Shown in pieces: positions 10,555 to 20,655 of a stretch of DNA of 64,000 bases (its first letter is position 1; every line of letters begins with the position of its first letter). The DNA is from Paramoeba atlantica (taxonomy: Eukaryota > Protista > Discosea). Under the pieces are notes generated by a model. It had not been told where the DNA came from. It ran no database searches and was given only the letters and a program-made list of their open reading frames with translations. A program made the translations under genes and the position numbers. The stretch is from NCBI GenBank assembly GCA_977017575.1, contig CDRNVI010000069.1, positions 124,001 through 188,000 of the forward strand, in the 5' to 3' direction.

Positions 10555-11182
10555 TACACGAACGAATAGTTGAAAAAATGAACCGAAGTTCAGTAGATTC
10601 TGCTTAGAAATGTGTACCGCGAAAACTATCGCTTGGAAAGCTTTCAATAAAAATGTATACTCATCAATGTAGATCAAGAGGTCCTACAAAAAAATAGTAT
10701 TTCCCAGTTTTTGTTGATGCCCTGGACTTAGCTCCGAGTAAATTAAGCATCATGAGCACAGCTAAACATTTTTCGCTTCCATGTGTAAGTAAAATTATGT
10801 TTCGTATATACACTGTATATTATAATGTGTACCTGGTTGGGCATAATGCATGTATCGGCTCTCCACGTGAATAAGAAGTACATAGTGTATATAATGAAGT
10901 GAATAAGAAGCAATTCCCTATGAACACACCAAAAAGAAAAAAAAACTAAATGGAAGATATTATTTTTTAGGAATAGTAGGAATTGCAAGACTTACTTTGT
11001 ATCTTATCTCCCTCGCCCTACGTGGCTGAGTTTTAAACAAAATAGCATTGCAAGCGTAATGTACATCCGCGTTGTATATCGCAATGTATCCGCGCTCCCC
11101 TTTAAATAAGGGCAGAACGATGGTAGTGATTATAAGTCGTTGAATAAATGATAATTTCATAAAACGACTGATATGTGCTTGG

Positions 11183-12022
11183 CTAGAAAGATGATACCTC
11201 ATGGCATATAGTGCATTCCATTAAGAGCGTTTGTTTGTCTTGGTACACTCCAGTAATCTTTGTTTCGGCCGGATCAAAGTGGTTCTCCTCGAAAATAAGC
11301 GTGTAACCAGCAGGAACTGGGCATAACACCTGTAGTAGCCCCCAAAAATGATTTTCTCTAGCTTCCAAAAATAAATTGGGTGATACAGGCAGACTAGTGA
11401 TCAAGACATGCCCAGTGCATCTATTCCTGGCTAAAGAAAGATGTAAAATTCCTGATGGAAGAAAATTAAAATCTGGTGTCCCATTGAATTTATTCGCTGT
11501 AAGTGTGAGTCGACGAAGGACTTCGGGTAGAGATACAAGAGATAAATGCCCTTCCAAATAATTTCCATGAACGTCAATTTCGCAGATGCTTGAAGGAAGT
11601 TCGTCCAAAGGAAGTATACCCAAATGTCGATTTCGCCGAACTATAACGGTTAGAATCCCTAGAGGAAGTTGCTGAAAATCGAGAGTACCCCCAATAAACA
11701 CATTTTGTGTTATTTCTATGGTCTTTATGGTTCGAGGCGCAGAGCCCCAAACTAGACTGCCTTTGAAACCACGGCGAGACCATCCAATACGTGTGACCTC
11801 TCCATCCCAGTCACATGACACGCCATACCACGAACAGATAGGATTCGTTTCGTTCCAAGAGGAATGCGGGTTTTCAATTCTAGAAAAGAATTGACGCAAG
11901 AGAAATTCATTTGGAAGCAGCGATACCCCAGTTTTTCCTCGGAGTGCAGGCGCCCGGGTGCCTGAGGTATGAGGTTCATCACGACTACAAAGGAATTGAA
12001 TCGGTAGACACAACCCGGACAT
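11183..12022 (-). CDS. LRR-family protein
   Basis: GKTGVSLLPNE leader, NPICSWYGVSC N-cap, about six LPxx repeats. Confidence 0.85.
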   Translation of the reverse strand: MSGLCLPIQFLCSRDEPHTSGTRAPALRGKTGVSLLPNEFLLRQFFSRIENPHSSWNETNPICSWYGVSCDWDGEVTRIGWSRRGFKGSLVWGSAPRTIKTIEITQNVFIGGTLDFQQLPLGILTVIVRRNRHLGILPLDELPSSICEIDVHGNYLEGHLSLVSLPEVLRRLTLTANKFNGTPDFNFLPSGILHLSLARNRCTGHVLITSLPVSPNLFLEARENHFWGLLQVLCPVPAGYTLIFEENHFDPAETKITGVYQDKQTLLMECTICHEVSSF

Positions 12023-12314
12023 AATAAAATAGAATTTACTACTCCAACCAAAAATAAAACAAGACTGAAATTAAATTTAGACTTGAATATTAAAACTGTA
12101 AATGAATTTAGACCCCACTTTTTCTACTCGTAGCACTCTTGATAGTCAAATTTGTGCAATGCGGGGTCAACGAGATTGCACCTTCAGTGACTCATGCATA
12201 CATCGCAGGAGGTACACTTGGCATTCGTGCATTTCGTCAGGTATGTAGAACACGCACAATATAGCCTCCTGGGCGAACTCCTTTTCCAACTCTGGACATT
12301 TCTTTCATTATGCG

Positions 12315-13076
12315 TTATTCACCCCCCAACTGTCTACCTTTTCCCCAATGTGTTGACCTGCGAGTGCCCAACCACCCCGCTGAATGAGACGTAGGGTTTG
12401 CTGAACTCACCCCGGTGGATCCTTGAAACCGACGTGGGTCATGTTGCCTTGTCCCCGGGAACAGCTTTTCCACCCATCGGGGAGTGCGTAGCGGATTGAA
12501 CCGCGTGAGCTGCGGAACCACATCCCGTAAAAAGAAGAATACGTGGCCCGTGACAATCCCCACCACGTCATCCGTCGGGGTCCCGCCCATAAGAAGGTGG
12601 AAGGCGACCATCACCCACGGGAAGTGACGTGCGCGGAAGGCAAACCCATAGAGTGTCACGAGCTGCTCCTCGTGACGTTTGCACCAGACCCACAAAAGGG
12701 ACATGGTCAGCGGAATTCCCAACCATCGCAGGGGGAAGAAAACGGAGAGCGTGAGTAAACCGGCGTACATCGAAAGAAGACAGAAGAGGTAGTCCGGCAT
12801 GCGTCCCCGGTAGTCCTCCTCTAACCGTTGTTGATAAATCACCAACATGGCAATATTAAGGAGAGTGGGGAAATTTAGTGGACCGAGGAACAGCCCAGAG
12901 GTAAGGGGACGCCAGATTTCTCCCTGAAGAGTACGATGCCAAGAAAGCATGAGTTGCGTAGGAGAGAGAACCCCGAGACGGGTGGCCACTGACAGTCCAG
13001 CGGACCCTATTAATGTTGTTCGCGTGAACGGACCCAGAGAAACCCACCAGGATTCAAAGGATTGTGCCATAGACAA
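12315..13076 (-). CDS. DER1: Derlin (Der1-like ERAD membrane protein)
   Basis: PFTR, EIWRPLTS(WR motif)GLFLG, FPWVMVAFHLLMGG, GIVTGHVFFFL. Confidence 0.92.
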   Translation of the reverse strand: MSMAQSFESWWVSLGPFTRTTLIGSAGLSVATRLGVLSPTQLMLSWHRTLQGEIWRPLTSGLFLGPLNFPTLLNIAMLVIYQQRLEEDYRGRMPDYLFCLLSMYAGLLTLSVFFPLRWLGIPLTMSLLWVWCKRHEEQLVTLYGFAFRARHFPWVMVAFHLLMGGTPTDDVVGIVTGHVFFFLRDVVPQLTRFNPLRTPRWVEKLFPGTRQHDPRRFQGSTGVSSANPTSHSAGWLGTRRSTHWGKGRQLGGE

Positions 13077-13189
13077 AATAGAGTAAGATCTGTTGTCTAA
13101 TCACATACAATGTACACTGGCCTGCCGAAATAAAGAAGGGCACGTCGAAACATGTAGATATTTTATTTTCTGTGTAAACTAGTAATAGA

Positions 13190-13447
13190 ATCGATTTTGG
13201 GCCAAAATGGCCAAATCTTTGTTACTGGGGGATGTGCTTTTTGGGTGAGAAAGGACCTTTTTTGTTCATGAGCGTGTTGATTTTCGGCCTATCGAACCCC
13301 ACAACCACGGCATTCGCTCCCGCGCAACCACCCTCACCCCACCCGCCCAAACACCCCCCTTCCAACGAACCTTCCTAGCTAAATGCTTGTTACTGGGGGT
13401 AAGCCGGAAAAGGGTCAAATCCTTGTTACTGGGGGGGTCTACGGTAT
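13190..13447. mobile_element. Partial MITE of the TA-CCGTA family (related to 43277-43596)
   Basis: Repeated CAAATC(T/C)TTGTTACTGGGGG-type motifs and a right end GGGGGGGTCTACGG|TA. Confidence 0.55.
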
Positions 13448-13556
13448 ATGCATCATAAATATGCCGTATAAATATGCGTTATAAAAATGCTGATGGGGGA
13501 AATAAGATGACCGCATGTGGACCACAGCTTAAATTACTTCTGTTGGATTGTAAATA

Positions 13557-13735
13557 CTGTCCCCCCTCCCCTTAAGCGCACCCGGTCAGACCCCCCTGTT
13601 TAAGCGCACATAAAGTTGAGGTGGAGTCTCCGGCGCCGCGAAGCGGCGCCAAATTTTTTTTATGTACTGATTCAGACCCCCCTGTTTGAGCGCACTTTTC
13701 ACGGAAAACGAGGTGCGGTTAAACGGGGGGGACAG
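13557..13735. mobile_element. About 180-bp MITE, TA TSD
   Basis: TA|CTGTCCCCCC...GGGGGGGACAG|TA with TTAAGCGCAC/GTGCGGTTAA subterminal match. Confidence 0.75.
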
Positions 13736-13861
13736 TACTTTACTTTTGTAAATATCAGAATTTCGTGGTACCCAGGAGTTGCAGTCTTCTATGTCACACA
13801 CATTTTACCAAAAAACTTGGGACTCTAGTTGCAAAAGCATTTTTTTTTAAATTCAAAGATA

Positions 13862-14029
13862 CTACCCCCCCTATCCTAGCGTTGCCTGGTTTGGGAAAAA
13901 GCAACGCTAGGAGGGGGGGTCAAAAAAAAAACATTCGCCGCTTCGCGGCAAGAGAATCTTGAAGAGACAGTCTAAAAAGCAACGCTAATGAGGTGGGGGA
14001 CTGAGGCAACGCTAGGATAGGGGGGATAG
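13862..14029. mobile_element. About 170-bp MITE, TA TSD
   Basis: TIR CTA(C/T)CCCCCCTATCCTAGCGTTGCCT at both ends, flanked by TA. Confidence 0.8.
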
Positions 14030-14114
14030 TAACTTTAAATTTAAAAATAACTTGAAACTTAACTTAAAGAAGTAAAATATAAGAGTGCGGTGGCAGATCG
14101 ACTCAAACTGCGTC

Positions 14115-14961
14115 CTACACCACATCTATCTGCGTATTTTCCACTTCTAAAACAATTCCCTTGGGTAAATCGGCTAGTCTCATGCATCCACATAAGTTCG
14201 TATTGTCCTTTAGCCAACAATAATAAATGTCTTTTGGCCAATGCTCCACGTTAATCAATAGCTCAAAATTATTGTCATTCGCGTATAACTCGATTAAGTA
14301 ATCTGGGAGATTACGAAAATCCAGTCCCAGAAAACTGATTGAGAGAAAAGTCCAAGACACGTAACGTTAATGGTAAGTGACACAAATCAACCTCCCCTTC
14401 GAAATGATTGCTTTCCAACCACAATTCCACTAAATTTGGGGGCAAGGTCGAAAGATTTACATGTCCGGTAAATTCATTATGATCAAAGTAGGCTGTCTCG
14501 AGCATTCGAGGCAACATTTGCGTGTCAACCTGGCCGAAGAAGCGGTTATCGCTAAGAGCCAATGTCTTGAGCTGTTTTGGAAGACAATCCAATTCAACGT
14601 TACCTGTCACTTCACTGTTTCTCAAATGTAAAGCCATGAGAGTCAATGGAAGATACTTCCAAAGCACTGAACCACTTAATGCGTAAGTTGTAGTCCAGTT
14701 TATTGCTGTGACTTCACCCATGTCATTACACGTCACACCTGCCCATTCACATGCTGTTACGTTCGTACACCATGTGGGATGCAGACCTTCCATATTTTCA
14801 ACAAAACGAGCTAAATCGTATTCTTGTGGTAGTGTGGCACCACGAATTCTACCCGGCGCTCGCAATGTGGAGTGCGATGGGACAGCACCTGGTAATGGTA
14901 CCATTGCCTCACGTCGAATAGGTGCGTCGTCAGCTGACGTTACTGATGATAGGCGATGCAT
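14115..14961 (-). pseudogene. LRR-family gene with a single frameshift near 14325
   Basis: Frame 1 ends NQFSGTGFS*; another frame continues LDFRNLPDYL...; pseudogene or sequencing indel. Confidence 0.75.
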
Positions 14962-15359
14962 ATACAGATTTTACGTCTGTGGTAGAGAGTATGTAATGAT
15001 ACGTATGAATTTGTGATAATAGGAGCAGAAAAGGCTCTTCAATAAAGTCCTCCTGTACGAAAAAAAATGCTTTTTTAATCTTTTAATACTGAATACTTTT
15101 TATACTGAATATAACCTTTTAGTACGTTTGTTTACTTCGCCATATAGGTACATACTCGTATTACGAAAAGAGCTTAGTGATGAAAGAGTTAAAGACATCC
15201 AACAAAAAAAGAATATAAGAATTATCCGGATTCGTAAAAGAAACGGATCTAATGCACTGTATTATTATGTTACGAATCCTGGTAGAAAACTAAGAGCTTC
15301 TAGAGTCACAAATTAGAATAAAAAGGGATGCAATTACAAAATCACGGACATCTACGGGT

Positions 15360-16286
15360 CTACACTCTCATTCTCATAAAATTTCTAATGCTCTTCGCAG
15401 ACGGAAACCTCGGAATTCCTGCGGCGGTGTATCTTTGAAAGCGCACCGTGACCTTCTTTCCCACCAACTCCTTCCTCTTCGTCCACCAGTACCGGCGCAT
15501 ATCCTCATCCACCCCGGGATTCGCACAAAACTTCTTCCCCTCGGAGGTGACACACACAAAGGACCCCAACGTGCCTTTAAACTTCCCTTTACCCTGTTTC
15601 GCGTCATACACGTCAAACTCTTCCTCCATGACCGGGACGTATTTCATCAAGTCCCCGCTACGCTTTCCGGGCTCGTAGCGCCCAATCGGGGTCCGCACGA
15701 TCACCCCCTCCATGCCACGGTCCAGGTACTCGTCCAGGTGCGTCTCCAGCTCCTCCTGGGTACGAAACGAGCGCACCGGGACCAACGTAATCGAGGGGAA
15801 ATTCTTTTTATGCCTCTTTACCGTCTCCTGGAGGTAATACTGCCGCTGGACGTACGGGTGCTTCCCGGGATCATTTAAAATCGTAAAATCAAACAGATGA
15901 AATTTAATTTGCTTTTGAAGTTTGTAATCCTCCGCGGTGGCGTGCTTGTGGGTCTTCTTCACCGCACTCACGATGCGCTCGAAGGGGAGGTTGGGGCCGG
16001 AGAAGTACAGCTCCCCGTCGAGGTGAATATCCCCATGAGGGCAGAACGCACGCAGGGCTCGGATGAAGACCTGGATGTCTTTATGGACGTGGTCACAGCT
16101 TTGGAATTGGATGGAGTTGCGGGAGAACAGACCCTGGGTCGACCCGACGCACCGGATGCCGTCGTACTTGGGGCAACAGTATAACTTGGGAAGGCTTCCG
16201 GATTTCACGGCCTGGAGAACGTAATCTTTTCGCTCTTGCCATTTCGTCGCAAGCATGGCGCTAAGGGGCTCAATACCGCGAGTCAT
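15360..16286 (-). CDS. Compact ATP-dependent DNA ligase (kinetoplast ligase k / Chlorella-virus-like)
   Basis: Motif I KYDGIRC, LDGELY, FHLFD, EGVIVR, RSGDLMKY, OB domain ending GIPRFP; start taken at the MTRG ATG. Confidence 0.9.
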   Translation of the reverse strand: MTRGIEPLSAMLATKWQERKDYVLQAVKSGSLPKLYCCPKYDGIRCVGSTQGLFSRNSIQFQSCDHVHKDIQVFIRALRAFCPHGDIHLDGELYFSGPNLPFERIVSAVKKTHKHATAEDYKLQKQIKFHLFDFTILNDPGKHPYVQRQYYLQETVKRHKKNFPSITLVPVRSFRTQEELETHLDEYLDRGMEGVIVRTPIGRYEPGKRSGDLMKYVPVMEEEFDVYDAKQGKGKFKGTLGSFVCVTSEGKKFCANPGVDEDMRRYWWTKRKELVGKKVTVRFQRYTAAGIPRFPSAKSIRNFMRMRV

Positions 16287-16887
16287 GGGGAAGTAAGAGT
16301 GATGACAAAAGTGTGGTGTACAAGATGGTTTCAGTTCTATGAGTTTGAATGTACTGTTCAAATCGTTTGTGCGTTGACACGGATAAAGTGATGAAAATTT
16401 GTAAATAATGATGCAAAAGGATAAAAAAACGTTATGTTCATTAAGTACTGTATGAGGTAGTTGTGTATCTACACTCCACACCTGTATACATACAGATTCT
16501 ACATTTCAACACCTGGATCACATCTACATTTCAACACCTGGATCATCCTCATAAGGACATCCTCTAATTCTAAATTTGAACAAACGTCATAGACTTTTGA
16601 ACAAGTCTGAAATAATAAGCTGAAATAAGCTCTAACATGGTGGCGTTTACAACCTAATCTACCGCCGTCTTATTTCTACTATGTCATGGCAAGATTTATG
16701 GCAAGATAAAAAAGTCTTTATACCTCTTTAATTTCAGCCCCATAATTGTACTACATTTCTAGCAAATCAGGGTGTCACCACCAATACGACTACCGGGATC
16801 TTTGGTACTACAAACGTTGTGGCATTCTTCTACGCACCATACACATACATCTACACACATGTACACAACGTGTACATGTATTCGTTC

Positions 16888-18159
16888 TTATGTCAACGCC
16901 TGGTGCCGCAGGATCTTGTTCTCGACATATCGCGTCAAAGTTTGCCTTGGAGGTCTGCCTTTTGCGCCGGCGTCAGAGGATTTATCGAATGCACCAGAAT
17001 TTGTGACAGTTTCATCCTCATCCTCATAAAGACTCTGGAGCTCGGCCTTGTATTCTATCATATGCGTGGCGATTTCTTTTCGCCATGAATCCGGTACTCG
17101 GTCGTCGCTGAGCAAACCGTGTATAAGTTGGTAATCCCGCGCGGATGGCTTTTTTAAGTGGCGCACCCTACACGCATTTTCCAACCCAGACTTTGAGGGT
17201 TTCCCATTCTTAACGCTAGTTTGGCTTCCATAACCTTTTTCACTAAAAAAATCACTTGAGTGAAGTCCCAACCACTTGATTCGGGGCGTGGTGCTCGTAA
17301 CCCTTGTCGGAGAAAGCGACAAAGGTTGTTGTGTTCCTTCTTTACCGCCATCCTTTGTCCCTTCCAACCCTTTCCTTCGTTTTTTCACAGTACGTCCCCC
17401 CTCCTCCCCAAGCGCCTCCTCATAACAAAGCAACACACGCAACCCCGCAGGGTTATAATCCACCAACATATACGGCTCCAGACCATATTTCAGCACCAGA
17501 ACACGCACCAGCGCCCGTGTCGCGACATCAGGAAACCCACAACCCGTAACCAGCACCATGGGCAGGCGATCCCATAACATAGACACTCCGTAAACCCCCC
17601 CTTCCTCACCCACATAGTCCCCCGAAACACTCTCCTCCACCAACCGTTGCAACACACACTCCTTTTCCACAATCACTAAATACCGTGCGTGGGTGTGCGT
17701 AACATCCCCTGCGGTAAAATCCCCCGGAATCGGGGTTAGCCACGGCACCACCGTGACCCCCGGCCCCCTTCCCTGCCTCCTGCTCCCGATCCCCAACGGC
17801 ACCTGCCGCAGCACCAGCCCCCCCGTGACCCACCCCCTCGCGCGGGCCCGGATCCCGAGGCTGAGACGGGGGAGCGCGAGCCGTGCGCACAGCTCCGCCA
17901 CGGCCCGGTCCGTGTCCCGCTGCGTGACCGCGTGCCGCGGGGAGAGCCGGTAGTAGAGGTCGCGGAGGGAGCAGGCGGTGTGGGAGGCCACGTTGTGGTG
18001 GACGAGATCGAGCACCGCGAGACGGAGCGCGACGGTGGAGGGGCTGGAGCGTGTCCAGGACGCAGGGGGGGTGTGGTGGAGGAAGAGGGTGGAGAGGAGG
18101 TCGTGGATGTGGCTCTCGAGACGGGATTGGGTTTCGGAGGGGGAGGTGGGGGTGTACAT
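16888..18159 (-). CDS. SPO11: SPO11 / topoisomerase VI A
   Basis: SLRDLYY catalytic Tyr, IVEKE, TGCGFPDVATR, LVDYNPAG Toprim motifs, KAELQSL. Confidence 0.93.
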   Translation of the reverse strand: MYTPTSPSETQSRLESHIHDLLSTLFLHHTPPASWTRSSPSTVALRLAVLDLVHHNVASHTACSLRDLYYRLSPRHAVTQRDTDRAVAELCARLALPRLSLGIRARARGWVTGGLVLRQVPLGIGSRRQGRGPGVTVVPWLTPIPGDFTAGDVTHTHARYLVIVEKECVLQRLVEESVSGDYVGEEGGVYGVSMLWDRLPMVLVTGCGFPDVATRALVRVLVLKYGLEPYMLVDYNPAGLRVLLCYEEALGEEGGRTVKKRRKGLEGTKDGGKEGTQQPLSLSPTRVTSTTPRIKWLGLHSSDFFSEKGYGSQTSVKNGKPSKSGLENACRVRHLKKPSARDYQLIHGLLSDDRVPDSWRKEIATHMIEYKAELQSLYEDEDETVTNSGAFDKSSDAGAKGRPPRQTLTRYVENKILRHQALT

Positions 18160-18912
18160 GGGGGGAGGGAAGAAAAAAAGGTTTTTTAGCAGTTTATGAG
18201 AAAAAGGGGATGGGTTGTTTATAACTTCCCCCTTCCACCCAAAGAAAAGTCATTCCCTGCTTTTTTTTTGTGCAAGTGTCCGTTTGAGCTGATTTTTGTT
18301 GCATTTTGCAGATCTCAACACAAAGACTTTGCGCGTGAAGAAACGAAACAAAAAGAAGCGAATACGTACATTGTAAAGAAGAATTCCCATTTTGTTAGTT
18401 TTATAGAAGTTTTATACATTGTTTAAGGCGAAAGTCAAAGCTTAATACCGTATTTCTCGATCACGTTTTGGGGATGACGTAGACTCCCCCTATTATATGC
18501 TATAATGTGCTTATTTTATGCAATTTCAAAAAATGCGGGGATGGAAGGAGTAGGATTGAATATCGCTCCAATGAAAGTCAATCTTGTCTTTTTCTTTCGT
18601 GTGATCCACAAAACATCGAAATTAATTCACAGAGACTCATTTCAATCCAAAAATGTGACTTGGTGAGTCTTGACAGTGCGGTCATTGAGAGTAGAGACTT
18701 GTAGTCGATGTCTAACTGATCTTTCGAATCTGTTTCTGAGTCAGATAGGTTTACGAAGTATCACAACAAACATACTTTGTAATCGCGCTAGACAGGTCCG
18801 TGTGGCAAAAGGCTTACTCGCTAAACACAAGATCTACATGTGTGATTTGATCGTCATAAATTAATTACAATGGTATTTTTAGTTGTCCAGAATTTCGTAC
18901 ACTTGACGAGTT

Positions 18913-19200
18913 TTATTTAGGAATAGATCGAAATTTGAGTCCTAACCATGCGTCCCAAGGTGCATCCAAGATACTGCGTCGGCGCTGTACCTCAAGTGGA
19001 TCTTCAATTGGAGGGGAAAAGAACCTTTTCACAACGCCTTTCGTCCCTCCATGTAGTTCGCGCAATGCGTATAACTCATAGTAGTTGTACGCGTAAACTG
19101 CAGGAAAGAGGAATAACGGCGTTCCCAGCAGAGAAAACAGCGCAACTTTGTGCCAAAGAACATTGCGGGCGTGTCGCCGAAGGTCGGAAGTGAGTTTCAT
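18913..19200 (-). CDS. Small hypothetical membrane protein
   Basis: 95 aa, ATG start, one hydrophobic helix, same strand as its neighbours. Confidence 0.6.
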   Translation of the reverse strand: MKLTSDLRRHARNVLWHKVALFSLLGTPLFLFPAVYAYNYYELYALRELHGGTKGVVKRFFSPPIEDPLEVQRRRSILDAPWDAWLGLKFRSIPK

Positions 19201-19749
19201 GTAAAGAAGTATAAGACGTCAAAACAGATTTTTAAGCTACATCAGCATTTTCAAGTTTCATTTTTCGCAAATAAAATATGAAAACACAAGTTTTGTGTAA
19301 TTGTTTTAAAAATTGTTTAAAAATTGAACTTTCAAATCTGTCTGTGAAGGGTCTGTCTTGCTAGTGACCGTCCGGAGCAATCCGGAATGATTTGGATGGA
19401 TTGGATTGCTCCCCCGTCGATCAGCTTTTCGATGAAACGCTTCAGGCATAAGGGAAAATAGAGTGTCCGAAAACCATATTTGTCCAAGCGACATCGAAAG
19501 CTTCGGATGGACTTGAGGGGCTGCGGGTATGATCTTGCATGATCTCACGTGATCTCGTTTTGAGGTCATCCAACCACCCTCCCGAACCAAATCCGCTCTC
19601 GATAGATCTCGCGTGATCTCACATGATCTTGTCTTGGGCCTCACCCGCAGCCCCTCACTTCTCTACTGCCCATGAGCACTGAACAGTCCATGAGATGAAT
19701 GTACAGATGAATTCACATGTGCAGCAATGTACAGTAGAATTTTCGAATA

Positions 19750-20655
19750 CTACATTGGTCGTTGAATCCGACTATTCATAGAAGACTTCCCTATGGTATA
19801 CTTGTCGCCATCTTTAACAGCGATTTTGGTATTTCCATGAAGCCAAAATATGTCGTCTGGTAGATCCGCCCGGTCAACTTTTCCACTAAGCTCCGTGTTG
19901 TCATTCAAAGTTAGCTCCTTTAAGCCCACTGGAAGAGAATCAAGAACTACAAAACCGTCAAACATGTTCAGACTTAGATATACTTCCTCCATTGTAGCAG
20001 GAAGGTGATTCAGGTCTAAATCCCCCGATAAACGATTCCCTGAAAGTGCAAGAGTTACAAGTTTCGGGGGTAACATCTGCAGCTGCAGTTCGCCACGAAG
20101 CTGATTGCCCTGAATAGATAGGTATATGAGAGACGTAGGTAAAGAAGTCCAATTGGGACAATTTCTAAAAAGGTTCTCATCTAGAATCACTTCCTGTAGT
20201 GTCTGTGGGGCATTCTCTAAATCGGCTGTCCCGTTGAATGCATTATAGCTAAGTTTAAGTACTTCAAGCTGCGGAGGCAGACTACCAAAATCTACGTTCC
20301 CCGCGAACCCGCTTTCGACTAGGGTCAAGGTAGTCAGAGAGCCAGGTAGAAGGTCGACCATGAGCGTTGTACATAGCTCCTCAGTAGGCATGGGCCCTAA
20401 ACTTTCCCATTCAATTTTCTTTACTATACCTTGCTCGTCACAGGTAAGTCCCAACCAATCACACGCCGGATTTGAGATGTTCCAACTTTCATCGAACATT
20501 GCAATTGTACCCACGAATCGTTCTAGCAGGTATTCCTGCGGTATATTGCATGTATTTACTTTTGCAATGTGACTTTCATTGCCCTGCCTTCGTTTTTTCT
20601 TTGGTGGTTCGTTTGCATCTGCTGCTCCGATCCAGTTCCCAAGTGATACCATCAT
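19750..20655 (-). CDS. LRR-family protein with NLS-like PPKKKRR
   Basis: AKVNTCNIPQE leader, NPACDWLGLTC cap, about seven repeats. Confidence 0.88.
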   Translation of the reverse strand: MMVSLGNWIGAADANEPPKKKRRQGNESHIAKVNTCNIPQEYLLERFVGTIAMFDESWNISNPACDWLGLTCDEQGIVKKIEWESLGPMPTEELCTTLMVDLLPGSLTTLTLVESGFAGNVDFGSLPPQLEVLKLSYNAFNGTADLENAPQTLQEVILDENLFRNCPNWTSLPTSLIYLSIQGNQLRGELQLQMLPPKLVTLALSGNRLSGDLDLNHLPATMEEVYLSLNMFDGFVVLDSLPVGLKELTLNDNTELSGKVDRADLPDDIFWLHGNTKIAVKDGDKYTIGKSSMNSRIQRPM

